64,000 bases of DNA, from contig URAM01000003.1 in the NCBI GenBank assembly GCA_900545815.1, positions 64,082 through 128,081 on the forward strand. Reading direction: 5' to 3'. The translations under genes and the position numbers were made by a program. Shown piece after piece: positions 54,921 to 64,000 of the stretch; position 1 is the first letter of the stretch, and every line of letters begins with the position of its first letter. Source of the stretch: an uncultured Eubacteriales bacterium (lineage in GTDB: Bacteria; Bacillota; Clostridia; Oscillospirales; Oscillospiraceae). The notes below the pieces were generated by a model. That model was not told where the DNA came from. It made no database searches and saw only the letters and a list, made by a program, of their open reading frames with translations.

Positions 54921-56867
54921 TCAACCTTTTCGCTTCTTCCCGCCAGCCTTTTTCTCCACACGCCCTGTGGATTTCTTACCTTTTCCAACTTCGGGCTTCC
55001 CTTTCGGACGCTTCTCGCCGCCCTTTTCCCCGACCTTTTTCGCCCTCGGCGGATACGGCCGGATCAAGCACCTGGCGTCAAACCCGATCAGATCCTCTCG
55101 CCCTGCCTTTTGCAGCGCTTCCCGCACCAGCTTCCAGTTTTCCGGCACCTTCCACTGAAGCAAGGCTCGCTGGAGGGCTTTCTCGTGGGGATCGGTGGCT
55201 ACATACACCGGTTTCATGGTGCGCGGGTCGATGCCCGTGTGGTACATACAGGTGGACAGGCAGCCGGGCACCGGATAGAAGTCCTGCACCTGCTCCGGCA
55301 GCCGGTGGCTGGCGTTCAGGTACTCCGCCAGCGCCACTGCATCCTGCAAGGTGCTGCCCGGGTGGGAGGACATCAAATAAGGTACCAAAAACTGCTTTTT
55401 CCCAGCGTTTTTGTTCAGCGCATTGTACTTCTGCTGGAACCGCTCATAGACCTCGATATGGGGCTTGCCCATATAGTCCAGCACCGAATTGATGCAGTGC
55501 TCCGGCGCCACCTTCAGCTGGCCGGACACATGGTACTGTACCAGCTCCCGAAAGAAGGTGTCCCGTTTGTCACAGAGCATATAGTCATAGCGGATGCCGG
55601 AGCGGATGAAGATCTTTTTGATGCCAGGAATCTTTCGCAGCTTCCGCAGCAGCGCCACATAATCGGACTCATCCGCATCCAGGTTGGGACAGGGCTTGGG
55701 CGCCAGACACACCCGTTTGGCACAGACTCCCTCCTTCAACTGCTTCTTACAGCTTGGGTGGCGCAGGTTGGCCGTAGGGCCGCCTACATCGTGGATGTAG
55801 CCCTTAAATCCAGGGTGATGGGTCAGCGCTGTGACCTCTCGGATAACGCTCTCGTGACTGCGGCAGGTCATCATCCGCCCCTGGTGAAAGGCCAGGGCAC
55901 AGAAGTTACAGCCGCCGATGCACCCACGGTTATGAGTGACCGAAAAACGCACCTCCTCAATGGCCGGCACGCCGCCCATGGCGTCGTACATAGGGTGCGG
56001 TTCTCGCACATAGGGCAGCTCTGCGATGCGATCCAGCTCCTTGGTGGACAGGGGCATCTGGGGCGGGTTGGTCACCAGCCACCGGTTCCCGTGCTTCTGC
56101 AAGATGGCCTTGCCCCGCACCGGGTCGTGCTCCTCGTACTCCACCTGGTTGGCTCTGGCGTAAGCCATCTTGTCCGCCTTCACTTCTTCATAAGAGGGCA
56201 CCTCCACCCAGGGATACACACAGGCTTCCCGCTCCCTTGCGGCGAAGCTGGTGCCTCGGACGGCGGTGATGTCACTGACCGGCACACCGGCGTTGAGCTG
56301 TGCGGCAATCTCCAACGTGGCCGCCTCCCCCATGCCGTAAATGAGCAGATCTGCTCTGGCATCAAACAAGATCGCTCGGCGCACCTGGCCGCTCCAGTAA
56401 TCATAGTGAGCAAATCGCCGCAGAGAGGCTTCCAGACCACCAATGATGAGGGGTATGTCCGAAAAGGCTTCCCGCACCCGATTGGCATAGACGATCACCG
56501 CCCGATCTGGCCGCAAGCCAGTCTGATGACCGGGGGAATAGGCATCCTGGCGGCGGCGCTTTTTTGCTGCGGTGTAATGGGCTACCATGGAGTCTAGGTT
56601 GCCGGAGGAGAGCATGACCGCCAGTCGGGGTTTCCCCATGGCACGAAATGCATCCGCACTGTGCCAGTCCGGCTGGGGCAACAGTGCCACCCGATACCCC
56701 TCCGCCTCCAAGGTGCGCGCGATGACCACCCCGCCGAAGGAAGGGTGGTCTACATAGGCGTCGCCGTTGATGATCAAGAAGTCGTACCAATCCCAACCAC
56801 GGGCCTCCATATCCGCCTTGGACACGGGCAGGAAGGGATTTTGATCGACCTGTTTCTTCCCGCTCAT
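54921..56867 (-). CDS. ygiQ: YgiQ-family (UPF0313) radical SAM protein with Lys-rich C-terminal tail
   Basis: N-terminal ARGWDWYDFLIINGDAYVDHPSFG. CIGGCNFC radical-SAM cluster. Basic K/G-rich tail. Confidence 0.85.
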   Translation of the reverse strand: MSGKKQVDQNPFLPVSKADMEARGWDWYDFLIINGDAYVDHPSFGGVVIARTLEAEGYRVALLPQPDWHSADAFRAMGKPRLAVMLSSGNLDSMVAHYTAAKKRRRQDAYSPGHQTGLRPDRAVIVYANRVREAFSDIPLIIGGLEASLRRFAHYDYWSGQVRRAILFDARADLLIYGMGEAATLEIAAQLNAGVPVSDITAVRGTSFAAREREACVYPWVEVPSYEEVKADKMAYARANQVEYEEHDPVRGKAILQKHGNRWLVTNPPQMPLSTKELDRIAELPYVREPHPMYDAMGGVPAIEEVRFSVTHNRGCIGGCNFCALAFHQGRMMTCRSHESVIREVTALTHHPGFKGYIHDVGGPTANLRHPSCKKQLKEGVCAKRVCLAPKPCPNLDADESDYVALLRKLRKIPGIKKIFIRSGIRYDYMLCDKRDTFFRELVQYHVSGQLKVAPEHCINSVLDYMGKPHIEVYERFQQKYNALNKNAGKKQFLVPYLMSSHPGSTLQDAVALAEYLNASHRLPEQVQDFYPVPGCLSTCMYHTGIDPRTMKPVYVATDPHEKALQRALLQWKVPENWKLVREALQKAGREDLIGFDARCLIRPYPPRAKKVGEKGGEKRPKGKPEVGKGKKSTGRVEKKAGGKKRKG

Positions 56868-58021
56868 ACCGGATACCCGATCTCTTTCTCCATCAGCCGC
56901 AGCGGAACTGCGCTGTCCGCAGCTGGCCCGATGTCGGTGAACCCGTTGCGCAGATAAAACCGCTGGGCTAGGTCATTGTCCGGACTGCACCGCAGGCGGA
57001 GCTTGGTGCGTCCCATGGGACGGAAGGTGGACACAGCCTGGCCAATGAGCTGGATACCCAAGCCGTGATGGCGGAATTTTTGGTTCATATAGTAAAAGGG
57101 AATGTATCCGGCGTTGGCTTCTGCGTATCGTTCCAAGTCCATTTGCAGCAGCCCTGCGATCTCCTCCCCATTCATGGCCACCATGACCGCTTTGGCGTCC
57201 GCTTCACTGGACGCCTTCGCCGCCTGATAGAACTGCTCCATGGGGCAAGGCTCGTCACCGTGGACGCCGATCCAAGCCTCCCGACGGTAGTGCTCATACA
57301 ACTCCCGCTCCGCCGTCGGTTCCCAAGGACGATACCAGATATTCTGGTTCTCAATGGCTGCCTTCTCCTTGGGTTCCCGCCACCAGGTCTGTTTGCCCAG
57401 GGTGGACAGTTCCGGTGTCAGGTGCGCGCCGTCCCCGTAGAAGATCACCTTGGCCTGTTCCCCCTCGATCTCCACACAGCTAACCGCTGTGTTATCGCTG
57501 GGGATCATGTTGTGCATCTCCTCCAAAGGGCGGCCATAGAAGGCGTTCACCGCCGTCCGGATGGCCTCCCCGTGGCTGACGCAGGCGATGGTCTTACCAT
57601 CGTTGGCTGCCGCCAGCCGGTAATAGGTGGCCACCACCCGCTCTCGCAGCTCTTGAAAGCTCTCACCGCCCATGGAGGTGTAGTGGGTGTTTCCGCCGGA
57701 GAAATAGGCCATCTGCTCCGGATATTTCCGTGCCGCACCGCCCCAGGTGTCGTCCTCCCAATCCCCCATGGAGATCTCTCGCAGCCCCGGTTCCAGCTGC
57801 AAGGGCAGCCCCTTGGGCAGATAGAGGGCTTTGGCAGTGGTCTGGGTGCGGAACAGGTCGCTGGAATAGACCGCATCCAAGTGGATGTCCTGGAACCGTT
57901 TCTCCAGCGCTTGAATCTGCCGGTACCCTAAGGGGGTGACCAAGCTATCATATTGACCATGGATGCGCCGGTATAGATTTCCCTCCGCCTCCGCATGGCG
58001 GATGATGTAAATTCTGGTCAT
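56864..58021 (-). CDS. Fusion protein: histidine-phosphatase (phosphoglycerate-mutase superfamily) domain + C-terminal GNAT N-acetyltransferase domain
   Basis: RHAEAEGN...H catalytic motif at the N-terminus. C-terminal GNAT motif A (QKFRHHGLGIQLIGQAV). ATGA overlap with ygiQ. Confidence 0.7.
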   Translation of the reverse strand: MTRIYIIRHAEAEGNLYRRIHGQYDSLVTPLGYRQIQALEKRFQDIHLDAVYSSDLFRTQTTAKALYLPKGLPLQLEPGLREISMGDWEDDTWGGAARKYPEQMAYFSGGNTHYTSMGGESFQELRERVVATYYRLAAANDGKTIACVSHGEAIRTAVNAFYGRPLEEMHNMIPSDNTAVSCVEIEGEQAKVIFYGDGAHLTPELSTLGKQTWWREPKEKAAIENQNIWYRPWEPTAERELYEHYRREAWIGVHGDEPCPMEQFYQAAKASSEADAKAVMVAMNGEEIAGLLQMDLERYAEANAGYIPFYYMNQKFRHHGLGIQLIGQAVSTFRPMGRTKLRLRCSPDNDLAQRFYLRNGFTDIGPAADSAVPLRLMEKEIGYPV

Positions 58022-58072
58022 AAAAACACTTCTTTTCTATCTCTGCTTCATTGACATAATGACAACGCTATT

Positions 58073-58990
58073 TTACCAAGGCAAGACGCCTCCGGTCAGC
58101 TCTGTGACCGATCTCAGCCCCTGCCGTTGGGCAATAGCCGCCAGCTCATCCCGCACCTGCAAGGGGGCGTAGGGATCAACAAAGTTCGCCGTCCCCACCG
58201 CCACAGCGGAAGCGCCGGCCAGCATCATCTCAGCGGCGTCTGCGCCGGTGGCAATGCCGCCCATTCCCAGCACAGGGATGCTGACCGTATTGGCCACCTC
58301 CCACACCATCCGCACGGCGATGGGCAGGACAGCAGGGCCGGACAGGCCGCCGGTATTCATCTTCAAAATGGGACGGCGGGTGTTCACGTCAATCCGCATC
58401 CCACGGACAGTGTTGATAAGGGACACTGCATCCGCACCGGCAGATTCCACCGCCTTTGCAATGGCGGTGATGTCGGTGACATTGGGGGAGAGCTTGACCA
58501 TGACCGGCACGGCGGAATGTTTCTTCGCCACCTCGGTCACTTCCGCGGTCATCTCCGGCACCACGCCGTACTGCAAGCCGCCGCATTTGACGTTGGGACA
58601 GGAGACGTTGACCTCGATCATGTCCACCCCAGCATCGCTGAGCTTCTGGCACAGGATGCCGTACTCCTCCGGAGTGTTGCCAGAGATGTTGGCGATGATC
58701 TTCACGTCATGTTTCCGTAGTTCCGGCAGCTCTTGGGCGATAAATTCGTCCACGCCAGGGTTCTGAAGCCCCACGGAGTTCAGGATTCCCATGGGGGTTT
58801 CGGCCACACGAGGGGGTGGGTTACCCTCCCTTGGGGCAAGTGTAAGTCCTTTACAGCAAATGCCCCCAAGTTCACTCAGGTCGTAGAACTGACCGTATTC
58901 CCGACCAAACCCGTAGGTGCCAGAGGCCACTACAACGGGATTTTTCATTGATATACCAGCAAAATTCACCTGTTGGCGCACCTTATTCAT
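58073..58990 (-). CDS. pyrD: Dihydroorotate dehydrogenase catalytic subunit (class 1B PyrD)
   Basis: NPVVVASGTYGFG, CPNV, flavin-binding GGI motifs. Overlaps pyrK. Confidence 0.9.
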   Translation of the reverse strand: MNKVRQQVNFAGISMKNPVVVASGTYGFGREYGQFYDLSELGGICCKGLTLAPREGNPPPRVAETPMGILNSVGLQNPGVDEFIAQELPELRKHDVKIIANISGNTPEEYGILCQKLSDAGVDMIEVNVSCPNVKCGGLQYGVVPEMTAEVTEVAKKHSAVPVMVKLSPNVTDITAIAKAVESAGADAVSLINTVRGMRIDVNTRRPILKMNTGGLSGPAVLPIAVRMVWEVANTVSIPVLGMGGIATGADAAEMMLAGASAVAVGTANFVDPYAPLQVRDELAAIAQRQGLRSVTELTGGVLPW

Positions 58991-59738
58991 CCCACTCTAC
59001 CTCCTCACTTCGGAACACAGGGCCGTCCTTGCAAACCCGTCTGTAATGTCCTTTTACTTTACAGGAACAGGTCAAACAGGCGCCCAAGCCACAGGCCATC
59101 CGTTCCTCCAAAGAGACTTGACAACCACTCCCCTCCCCCGCCGTCACGGCGGAGATCGCCTTCAGCATAGGAGTGGGGCCACAGGCCAGCACAGTCAGGT
59201 TGGGATTTTCCCGCAGCAGCCGCTGCACCACCTGATCCACCCGACCGATTTCGCCGCAGGAGCCGTCCTCAGTGGTCACAGTGACGGGCACGCCTGCCGC
59301 CGCCAGCTCATCCGCCAGGATGACGCCATCCTGGGAACGGAAGCCAAAGGCTGCCTGGCACCGGTTGCCCAGCAGGCGGGCTGCAAAGCACATAGGTGCG
59401 GTGCCGATGCCGCCGCCCACCAGCAGAATGGGCTTGTCGCCGGACAGATCGAAGCCGTTGCCCAAGGGGCCCAGGACATCCAAGCGCTCTCCAACAGTTC
59501 GCTTTGCCAGCCAATCCGTCCCCGTCCCACGGACTTGAAAGACGATGCGCAGGTTGTCCTTCCAGGCATCGCAGATGGAGATGGGACGGCGAAGCAGGTG
59601 TCCTTCGCCGCAGCGGATGTGGACGAACTGTCCGGGCTGGGCAGCGCTTGCCATCTCTCCGGCATCCAATACCATAGAGAAGATATCCGCCGTCAGCGGT
59701 TTCATTTCTCGAATTTCACACTGTTTTTGAATGGGCAT
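58983..59738 (-). CDS. pyrK: Dihydroorotate dehydrogenase electron-transfer subunit PyrK (FAD + 2Fe-2S)
   Basis: Start MPIQKQ after AAAGGGGAG. RPISI FAD motif. C-terminal C-x4-C-x2-C...C cluster. Confidence 0.85.
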   Translation of the reverse strand: MPIQKQCEIREMKPLTADIFSMVLDAGEMASAAQPGQFVHIRCGEGHLLRRPISICDAWKDNLRIVFQVRGTGTDWLAKRTVGERLDVLGPLGNGFDLSGDKPILLVGGGIGTAPMCFAARLLGNRCQAAFGFRSQDGVILADELAAAGVPVTVTTEDGSCGEIGRVDQVVQRLLRENPNLTVLACGPTPMLKAISAVTAGEGSGCQVSLEERMACGLGACLTCSCKVKGHYRRVCKDGPVFRSEEVEWDE

Positions 59739-59752
59739 TTTACTCCCCTTTC

Positions 59753-60682
59753 TCAATCACCGATGGTGGTATAAGCGCAGATGTCCTCCCGCATATCCAG
59801 CGCCGCCTGACGGGCGGCTTCCTGGTAGTCCAGACCGTTCTGACCGGTCTTTTTCCAAGCACACATAATCCCGCGGGAAGAATTTATGATGGCACCCTTG
59901 CCCCCTGCATGGAAGGCGTTGGCCACGTCCGCTGCCGTGCCGCCCTGGGCGCCGTAGCCAGGCACCAGGAAAAAGGTGTGGGGCATCTGCTGGCGCAGCT
60001 TGCGCAGATCCTCCGGATAGGTGGCGCCGGTGACGGCACCTACCCGACTGAAGCCGTACTGGGCACTGCGGCTCCCTTCGCCCCACTGCTCTACCAGGTC
60101 GCCCATGACCGTGTATACCTTCCGGCCATTGATCTCCCGATCCTGCAAATCCACAGCGGAGGGGTTAGAGGTGCGCACCAGCACGAACAAGCTCTTGTCC
60201 TCCGCTTCCGCCACGGTCAAGAAGGGTTTTACCGCATCGCTGCCCATGTAGCCGTTGACAGTCACGCAGTCGGCGTCAAACCCAGGCAAGGTCACATCTC
60301 CCACCACAGTCTTGCCCAGCCAGCCCTCGGCATAGGCGGTGGCGGTACTGCCGATGTCCCCTCGCTTGATGTCGGCGATGACGTAGAAGCCCTTTCCTTG
60401 GGCGTAACGGATGGTGCGTTCCAGCATCTCCATCCCCTCCCAGCCCAGGTTTTCGTAGTAGGCGGACTGGGGTTTCACGGCGGGGACGATGTCGCAGAGG
60501 GCATCCATGAGTCCACAGTTGAAGGTATAGATGGCTTCTGCCGCCGCCTTGCGGGTCTGCCCATATTGGGCGATTTTCTCCGCCTGAATGTGGGGCGGTA
60601 CATAATCCCACCGGGCGTCCAAACCAGCCACGGTGGGGTTTTTCAGGTTCAAAATTCTATCTTGCAGTTTGTCAAAGGACAT
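59753..60682 (-). CDS. pyrF: Orotidine-5'-phosphate decarboxylase (type 2, long form)
   Basis: Start MSFDKLQDRIL. ADIKRGDIGST active-site motif. Confidence 0.85.
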   Translation of the reverse strand: MSFDKLQDRILNLKNPTVAGLDARWDYVPPHIQAEKIAQYGQTRKAAAEAIYTFNCGLMDALCDIVPAVKPQSAYYENLGWEGMEMLERTIRYAQGKGFYVIADIKRGDIGSTATAYAEGWLGKTVVGDVTLPGFDADCVTVNGYMGSDAVKPFLTVAEAEDKSLFVLVRTSNPSAVDLQDREINGRKVYTVMGDLVEQWGEGSRSAQYGFSRVGAVTGATYPEDLRKLRQQMPHTFFLVPGYGAQGGTAADVANAFHAGGKGAIINSSRGIMCAWKKTGQNGLDYQEAARQAALDMREDICAYTTIGD

Positions 60683-61988
60683 CGTTGTTCCCATCCTTTC
60701 TATCCTCATCTCGCCGATAAATGATCTTGCCTCCGGCGATGGTATAAGCGTTTCTCCCCTGCACTTCCATCCCGCCGAAGGGGGTGTTGCGCCCCTTGGA
60801 ACGGAAGGTTTCCGGTTGAATCGTCCATGTTTCGTCTAGCTGAAAGAGCACCAAATCTGCCCGTCCGCCAGGGGTGAGACCAGACCACTTCTGACCCAAA
60901 ACCTTGGCCGGATTCATGCTCATTTTGGCAGCAATCTCCTCCAAGGTCAGGTATCCTCCATGGTACAGCTTGGTCAGCGTCAGCGCCAGCGCCGTCTCCA
61001 AACCCACCATGCCGCTGGGCGCTTCGGTCAGCCCCTTGGCCTTTTCCGCCGCTGTGTGGGGCGCATGGTCGGTGGCGATACAATCCAATGTGCCGTCCTG
61101 AAGGCCGGCCAAGATGGCCTCCACATCCGCCTGGGTGCGCAGGGGCGGATTGACCCGTGCCAGGGAGCCTTTTTTCAAAATGGCGTCCTGGGTCAGGGTG
61201 AAATACTGAGGGCAGGTTTCCGCCGTGACCGGTGCACCGTGAGCCTTCAGCTGGCGGATGATCTCCACGCTGCCAGCGGTGGAAATGTGGCAGAAGTGCA
61301 GGGGCACGCCGGTCTCCAACGCCAGCATCCCATCCCGCATGACCATCAGTTCTTCCGCAATGGCGGGACGGCCGGGGATGCCCAGTTGCTTGGAGATTTT
61401 GCCCTCGTTGACGGCATAGTTCTGCACCATCTCCTTGTCCTCCTCGTGACAGAGGATGGTCATGCCCCAGGCGCTGGCTTGTTTCAGGGCTTCCCGCATA
61501 AGAGTTGCGCTCATGATGGGCACGCCATCGTCGGAGAGCGCCGCCGCACCGGCGGTTTTCAAGGCGGCAAAGTCATTTAACGTTTCCCCTTTTTGTCCCG
61601 CCGTCACCGCCGCAACGGGCAGGACGCGGACACCAGAACCCACTGTTTCCGCTCGCTCCAGCACATACTGCACCAGCTCCGGCGTGTCCACCACCGGTTT
61701 GGTGTTGGGCATACAGGCGATGGCAGTAAAGCCGCCGGCGGCGGCGGCGGCAGTGCCGGTCTGGATATCCTCCTTCTCGGTCTGACCCGGGTCACGGAGG
61801 TGAACATGAGGGTCGATGAGCCCCGGCGCCACGCAAAGACCGGCGGCATCTACGCAGATGCAGTCCTCAGTCGGAGTGATGTGAGGAGCGATTTTTGCAA
61901 TCGTTTCGTTTTCAATTAAAATGTCATACTGACCGGCATATGTCCGGCTAGGGTCGATGAGTTGACCCTGTTGGATGAGCAGCTTCAT
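60672..61988 (-). CDS. pyrC: Dihydroorotase (amidohydrolase)
   Basis: GLIDPHVHLRDPG metal-binding motif. GGGAGGAAGC SD. Confidence 0.9.
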   Translation of the reverse strand: MKLLIQQGQLIDPSRTYAGQYDILIENETIAKIAPHITPTEDCICVDAAGLCVAPGLIDPHVHLRDPGQTEKEDIQTGTAAAAAGGFTAIACMPNTKPVVDTPELVQYVLERAETVGSGVRVLPVAAVTAGQKGETLNDFAALKTAGAAALSDDGVPIMSATLMREALKQASAWGMTILCHEEDKEMVQNYAVNEGKISKQLGIPGRPAIAEELMVMRDGMLALETGVPLHFCHISTAGSVEIIRQLKAHGAPVTAETCPQYFTLTQDAILKKGSLARVNPPLRTQADVEAILAGLQDGTLDCIATDHAPHTAAEKAKGLTEAPSGMVGLETALALTLTKLYHGGYLTLEEIAAKMSMNPAKVLGQKWSGLTPGGRADLVLFQLDETWTIQPETFRSKGRNTPFGGMEVQGRNAYTIAGGKIIYRRDEDRKDGNNDVL

Positions 61989-62149
61989 GCTTCCTCCCTA
62001 TTCTGTCAACTGAATGGTGCTTATAAGTATACTAAGTTACATGATACCGCAAGGGGGCGCAAAACGCAAGAAATACCAGAAACTTCATCGTAATTTTCCG
62101 CAAAACCAGCCATACTAACGGTGACAACCAAAAAAGGAGGCGGATTGGA

Positions 62150-62323
62150 ATGAAACAGATTCCCTTTGCAAGAGGCGTTGGCCTGGGCATCAGCGTGGGC
62201 GTTGCTCTGGGCATGGCCATGCACGGCAAGCGAAAGCACGTCTTGGCTAAGAGTAAGGTGGGCAAGACCATCAAGGCAGTGTCCGACGTGATGGAAGACC
62301 TGACGGACGCCATCGGGCTGTAA
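62150..62323 (+). CDS. Un-called 57-aa small protein (Gly-zipper hydrophobic N-terminus, basic middle, acidic C-terminus)
   Basis: MKQIPFARGVGLGISVGVALGMAMHGKRKHVLAKSKVGKTIKAVSDVMEDLTDAIGL. Perfect AAAAAGGAGG SD 9 nt upstream. Followed directly by a strong terminator. Below the 60-aa cutoff of the ORF track. Confidence 0.55.
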   Translation: MKQIPFARGVGLGISVGVALGMAMHGKRKHVLAKSKVGKTIKAVSDVMEDLTDAIGL

Positions 62324-62342
62324 CCGGCAGGGTGCGCATAGC

Positions 62343-62376
62343 AAAGGGAGAACCCTGAGTGGGTTCTCCCTTTTGT
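62343..62376. terminator. Bidirectional rho-independent terminator (small ORF on + / glmS on -)
   Basis: Stem GGGAGAACCC / GGGTTCTCCC with loop TGAGT, T-tract after it and an A-containing tract before it. Confidence 0.85.
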
Positions 62377-62398
62377 ATTCCTTATGATAGGTCGGCTC

Positions 62399-64000
62399 TC
62401 ACTCCACCGTGACCGACTTGGCCAGATTCCTGGGCTTGTCAATATCGCACCCACGCGCCAGCGCCACATAATAGGCGAACAGCTGCATGGGCACCACAGC
62501 CAAGGAGGGCATCAGCAGCGGATGGGTTTCCGGCACGGTGATGATGGCGTTGGCGTGCTTGCCCAACGCTTCCTCGTGGGTGGTGTCAGTCAGACCCAGC
62601 ACCGTTGCGCCGCGGCTCTGCACCTCGATCATGTTGCTCACTGCCTTGTCGAATAGCTGCCCGTAGGTAGCCAGAGCGATGACCAGGGTGCCCTGCTCGA
62701 TGAGGGAGATGGTGCCGTGCTTCAGCTCACCGGCTGCGTAGGCTTCGGAGTGGATGTAGGAGATCTCCTTCAGCTTCAGAGACGCTTCCAGGCCAATGGC
62801 ATAGTCCAGGTTGCGGCCGATGAAGAAGATGGAGTCGTGGTTGAAGAACTGGGAGGCATACTGCTGAATGCGTTCCTTCTGCTCCAGGACTTCCTTCAGT
62901 TTGTCCGGAATTCGAGTCAATTCCGTCAAAATCTCCGTGTATTCCTCCGGCGCAATGCTCCCCAGCAGGTCAGCCAGGTACAGGCAGAGCAGATCCAGCA
63001 CCGCCAACTGGGTGGAATAAGCCTTGGTGGTGGCCACGGCGATCTCGGGACCCGCCCAGGTGTAGATGACATCATCCGCTTCTTTGGCGATGGAGCTGCC
63101 CACCACGTTGACGATGGCCAGGGTACGCCCGCCCAGCCGCTTGGCTTCTCGGAGGGCTTCCATGGTGTCTAACGTCTCGCCAGACTGGCTGATGACGATG
63201 ACCAAAGTGTTTTTGTCCACAATGGGGGAGCAATAGCGGAACTCGGAGGCCAGCGCCACCTCTACCGGCTTGCGGAGCATTTTTTCCAGGACATACTTGC
63301 CCACCATACCCACATGATACGAGGAGCCGCAGGCGATGATGTAGAATTTGGAGATGTTCTTCACATAGTCCGCACTCAGGTCGATGTCATCCAGCACCAC
63401 CCGACCGTCCTTGATGCGGGGGGTGATGGTCTTACGGATGGCTTCGGGCTGCTCCATGATCTCTTTGAACATAAAGTGCTCATAACCACCCTTTTCGGCG
63501 TCGGAAATGTCCCAATCCACCGTGGAATGTTCCTTTTCCACCGGTTCCAGCAGGAGGTTATAGACCTGGATGCCCTGGCGGGTAAGGACAGCGATCTCGC
63601 CGTTTTCCATGTAGGACACGTCCCGAGTGTACTTAATGAGGGCGGTCACGTCGCTGGCCATCATGTTAAACCCATCGCCGTAGCCCAGCACCAGAGGACT
63701 GTCCTTTCGGGCGGCAATGAGCTGCTCTGGGTGCTCAGAGCAGATGATGCCCAGGCCGTAGGAGCCTTCGATGCGGTGGAGCACCTTCTGGACGGCGTCC
63801 AGGATGTCTCCCCGATAGTAGTAGTCCAGCAGCTGCGCCACCACTTCGGTATCCGTATCCGAGTGGAACACGACACCCTTCTCCTGTAGGAACTCTTTGA
63901 TCTCCATATAATTTTCAATGATGCCGTTGTGCACCACTGCAATGCGGCCGGAATCGCTGAGCAAAGGGTGAGAGTTTGCATCAGACGGCTCCCCGTGAGT
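62399..64000 (-). CDS. glmS: Glutamine--fructose-6-phosphate aminotransferase GlmS, 3' portion (N-terminus beyond window)
   Basis: Two SIS domains and the conserved C-terminus ...CDIDKPRNLAKSVTVE. The open frame continues through the window end into the glutaminase-domain region. Confidence 0.9.
   Translation of the reverse strand, partial: THGEPSDANSHPLLSDSGRIAVVHNGIIENYMEIKEFLQEKGVVFHSDTDTEVVAQLLDYYYRGDILDAVQKVLHRIEGSYGLGIICSEHPEQLIAARKDSPLVLGYGDGFNMMASDVTALIKYTRDVSYMENGEIAVLTRQGIQVYNLLLEPVEKEHSTVDWDISDAEKGGYEHFMFKEIMEQPEAIRKTITPRIKDGRVVLDDIDLSADYVKNISKFYIIACGSSYHVGMVGKYVLEKMLRKPVEVALASEFRYCSPIVDKNTLVIVISQSGETLDTMEALREAKRLGGRTLAIVNVVGSSIAKEADDVIYTWAGPEIAVATTKAYSTQLAVLDLLCLYLADLLGSIAPEEYTEILTELTRIPDKLKEVLEQKERIQQYASQFFNHDSIFFIGRNLDYAIGLEASLKLKEISYIHSEAYAAGELKHGTISLIEQGTLVIALATYGQLFDKAVSNMIEVQSRGATVLGLTDTTHEEALGKHANAIITVPETHPLLMPSLAVVPMQLFAYYVALARGCDIDKPRNLAKSVTVE

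Noticed and set aside
1-64000. CRISPR arrays, IS elements, transposases, integrases, prophage modules, tRNA/rRNA genes, toxin-antitoxin or known defence systems
   Set aside because: Searched by eye for direct-repeat arrays, terminal inverted repeats, DDE/tyrosine-recombinase motifs and tRNA cloverleaf-like GC-rich ~75-nt islands. None was found. The window appears free of mobile or defence elements.

Overview
GC-rich Firmicutes/Clostridia-type chromosomal segment from an endospore-former (SpoIIGA and a pro-sigma-E are present). Long antisense shadow ORFs, typical of high-GC DNA, were ignored. No CRISPR array, IS element, integrase, tRNA or rRNA was recognised. The left ~28.5 kb is accessory-like catabolic/transport DNA under PucR- and LysR-family regulators. 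It holds (i) a permease, a PucR regulator, a membrane-anchored esterase and an Old-Yellow-Enzyme(OYE)+FAD/NAD(P) two-domain reductase. (ii) A divergent PucR regulator with an operon for Fe-alcohol dehydrogenase, a PduP/EutE-type CoA-acylating aldehyde dehydrogenase, two MFS transporters, a translationally coupled MoxR-AAA/VWA(CoxE-like) pair and, in a separately terminated unit 379 bp downstream, a family-III (CaiB/BaiF) CoA-transferase. (iii) A LysR-controlled hydroaromatic locus: two AroE-like dehydrogenases, an MFS permease, a shikimate-kinase-like protein, a xylose-isomerase-like TIM-barrel protein (3-dehydroshikimate-dehydratase-like) and a second OYE+FAD reductase. The right ~35 kb is core genome. 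It carries a compacted dcw cluster (mraZ-rsmH-ftsL-PBP-short Mur ligase-mraY-ftsW-murG-murA-ftsQ-ftsZ) with a clear MraZ operator, then lgt, a tautomerase, rarD, spoIIGA-sigE, MATE/EamA transporters and a DUF951-hisC-radical SAM operon. It ends with an S1-domain protein, rarA, nth, ygiQ, a histidine-phosphatase/GNAT fusion, pyrC-F-K-D and the 3' part of glmS. The most interesting candidates are the acyl-CoA-to-alcohol reduction module with its embedded MoxR/CoxE-like chaperone pair, and a possible chlorogenate (hydroxycinnamoyl-quinate) utilisation system split over the esterase/reductase and the quinate/shikimate-like loci. Other items: a degraded RecQ HRDC remnant beside ftsZ, a terminator-bounded orphan unit at ~7.4-7.8 kb, and an un-called 57-aa ORF.
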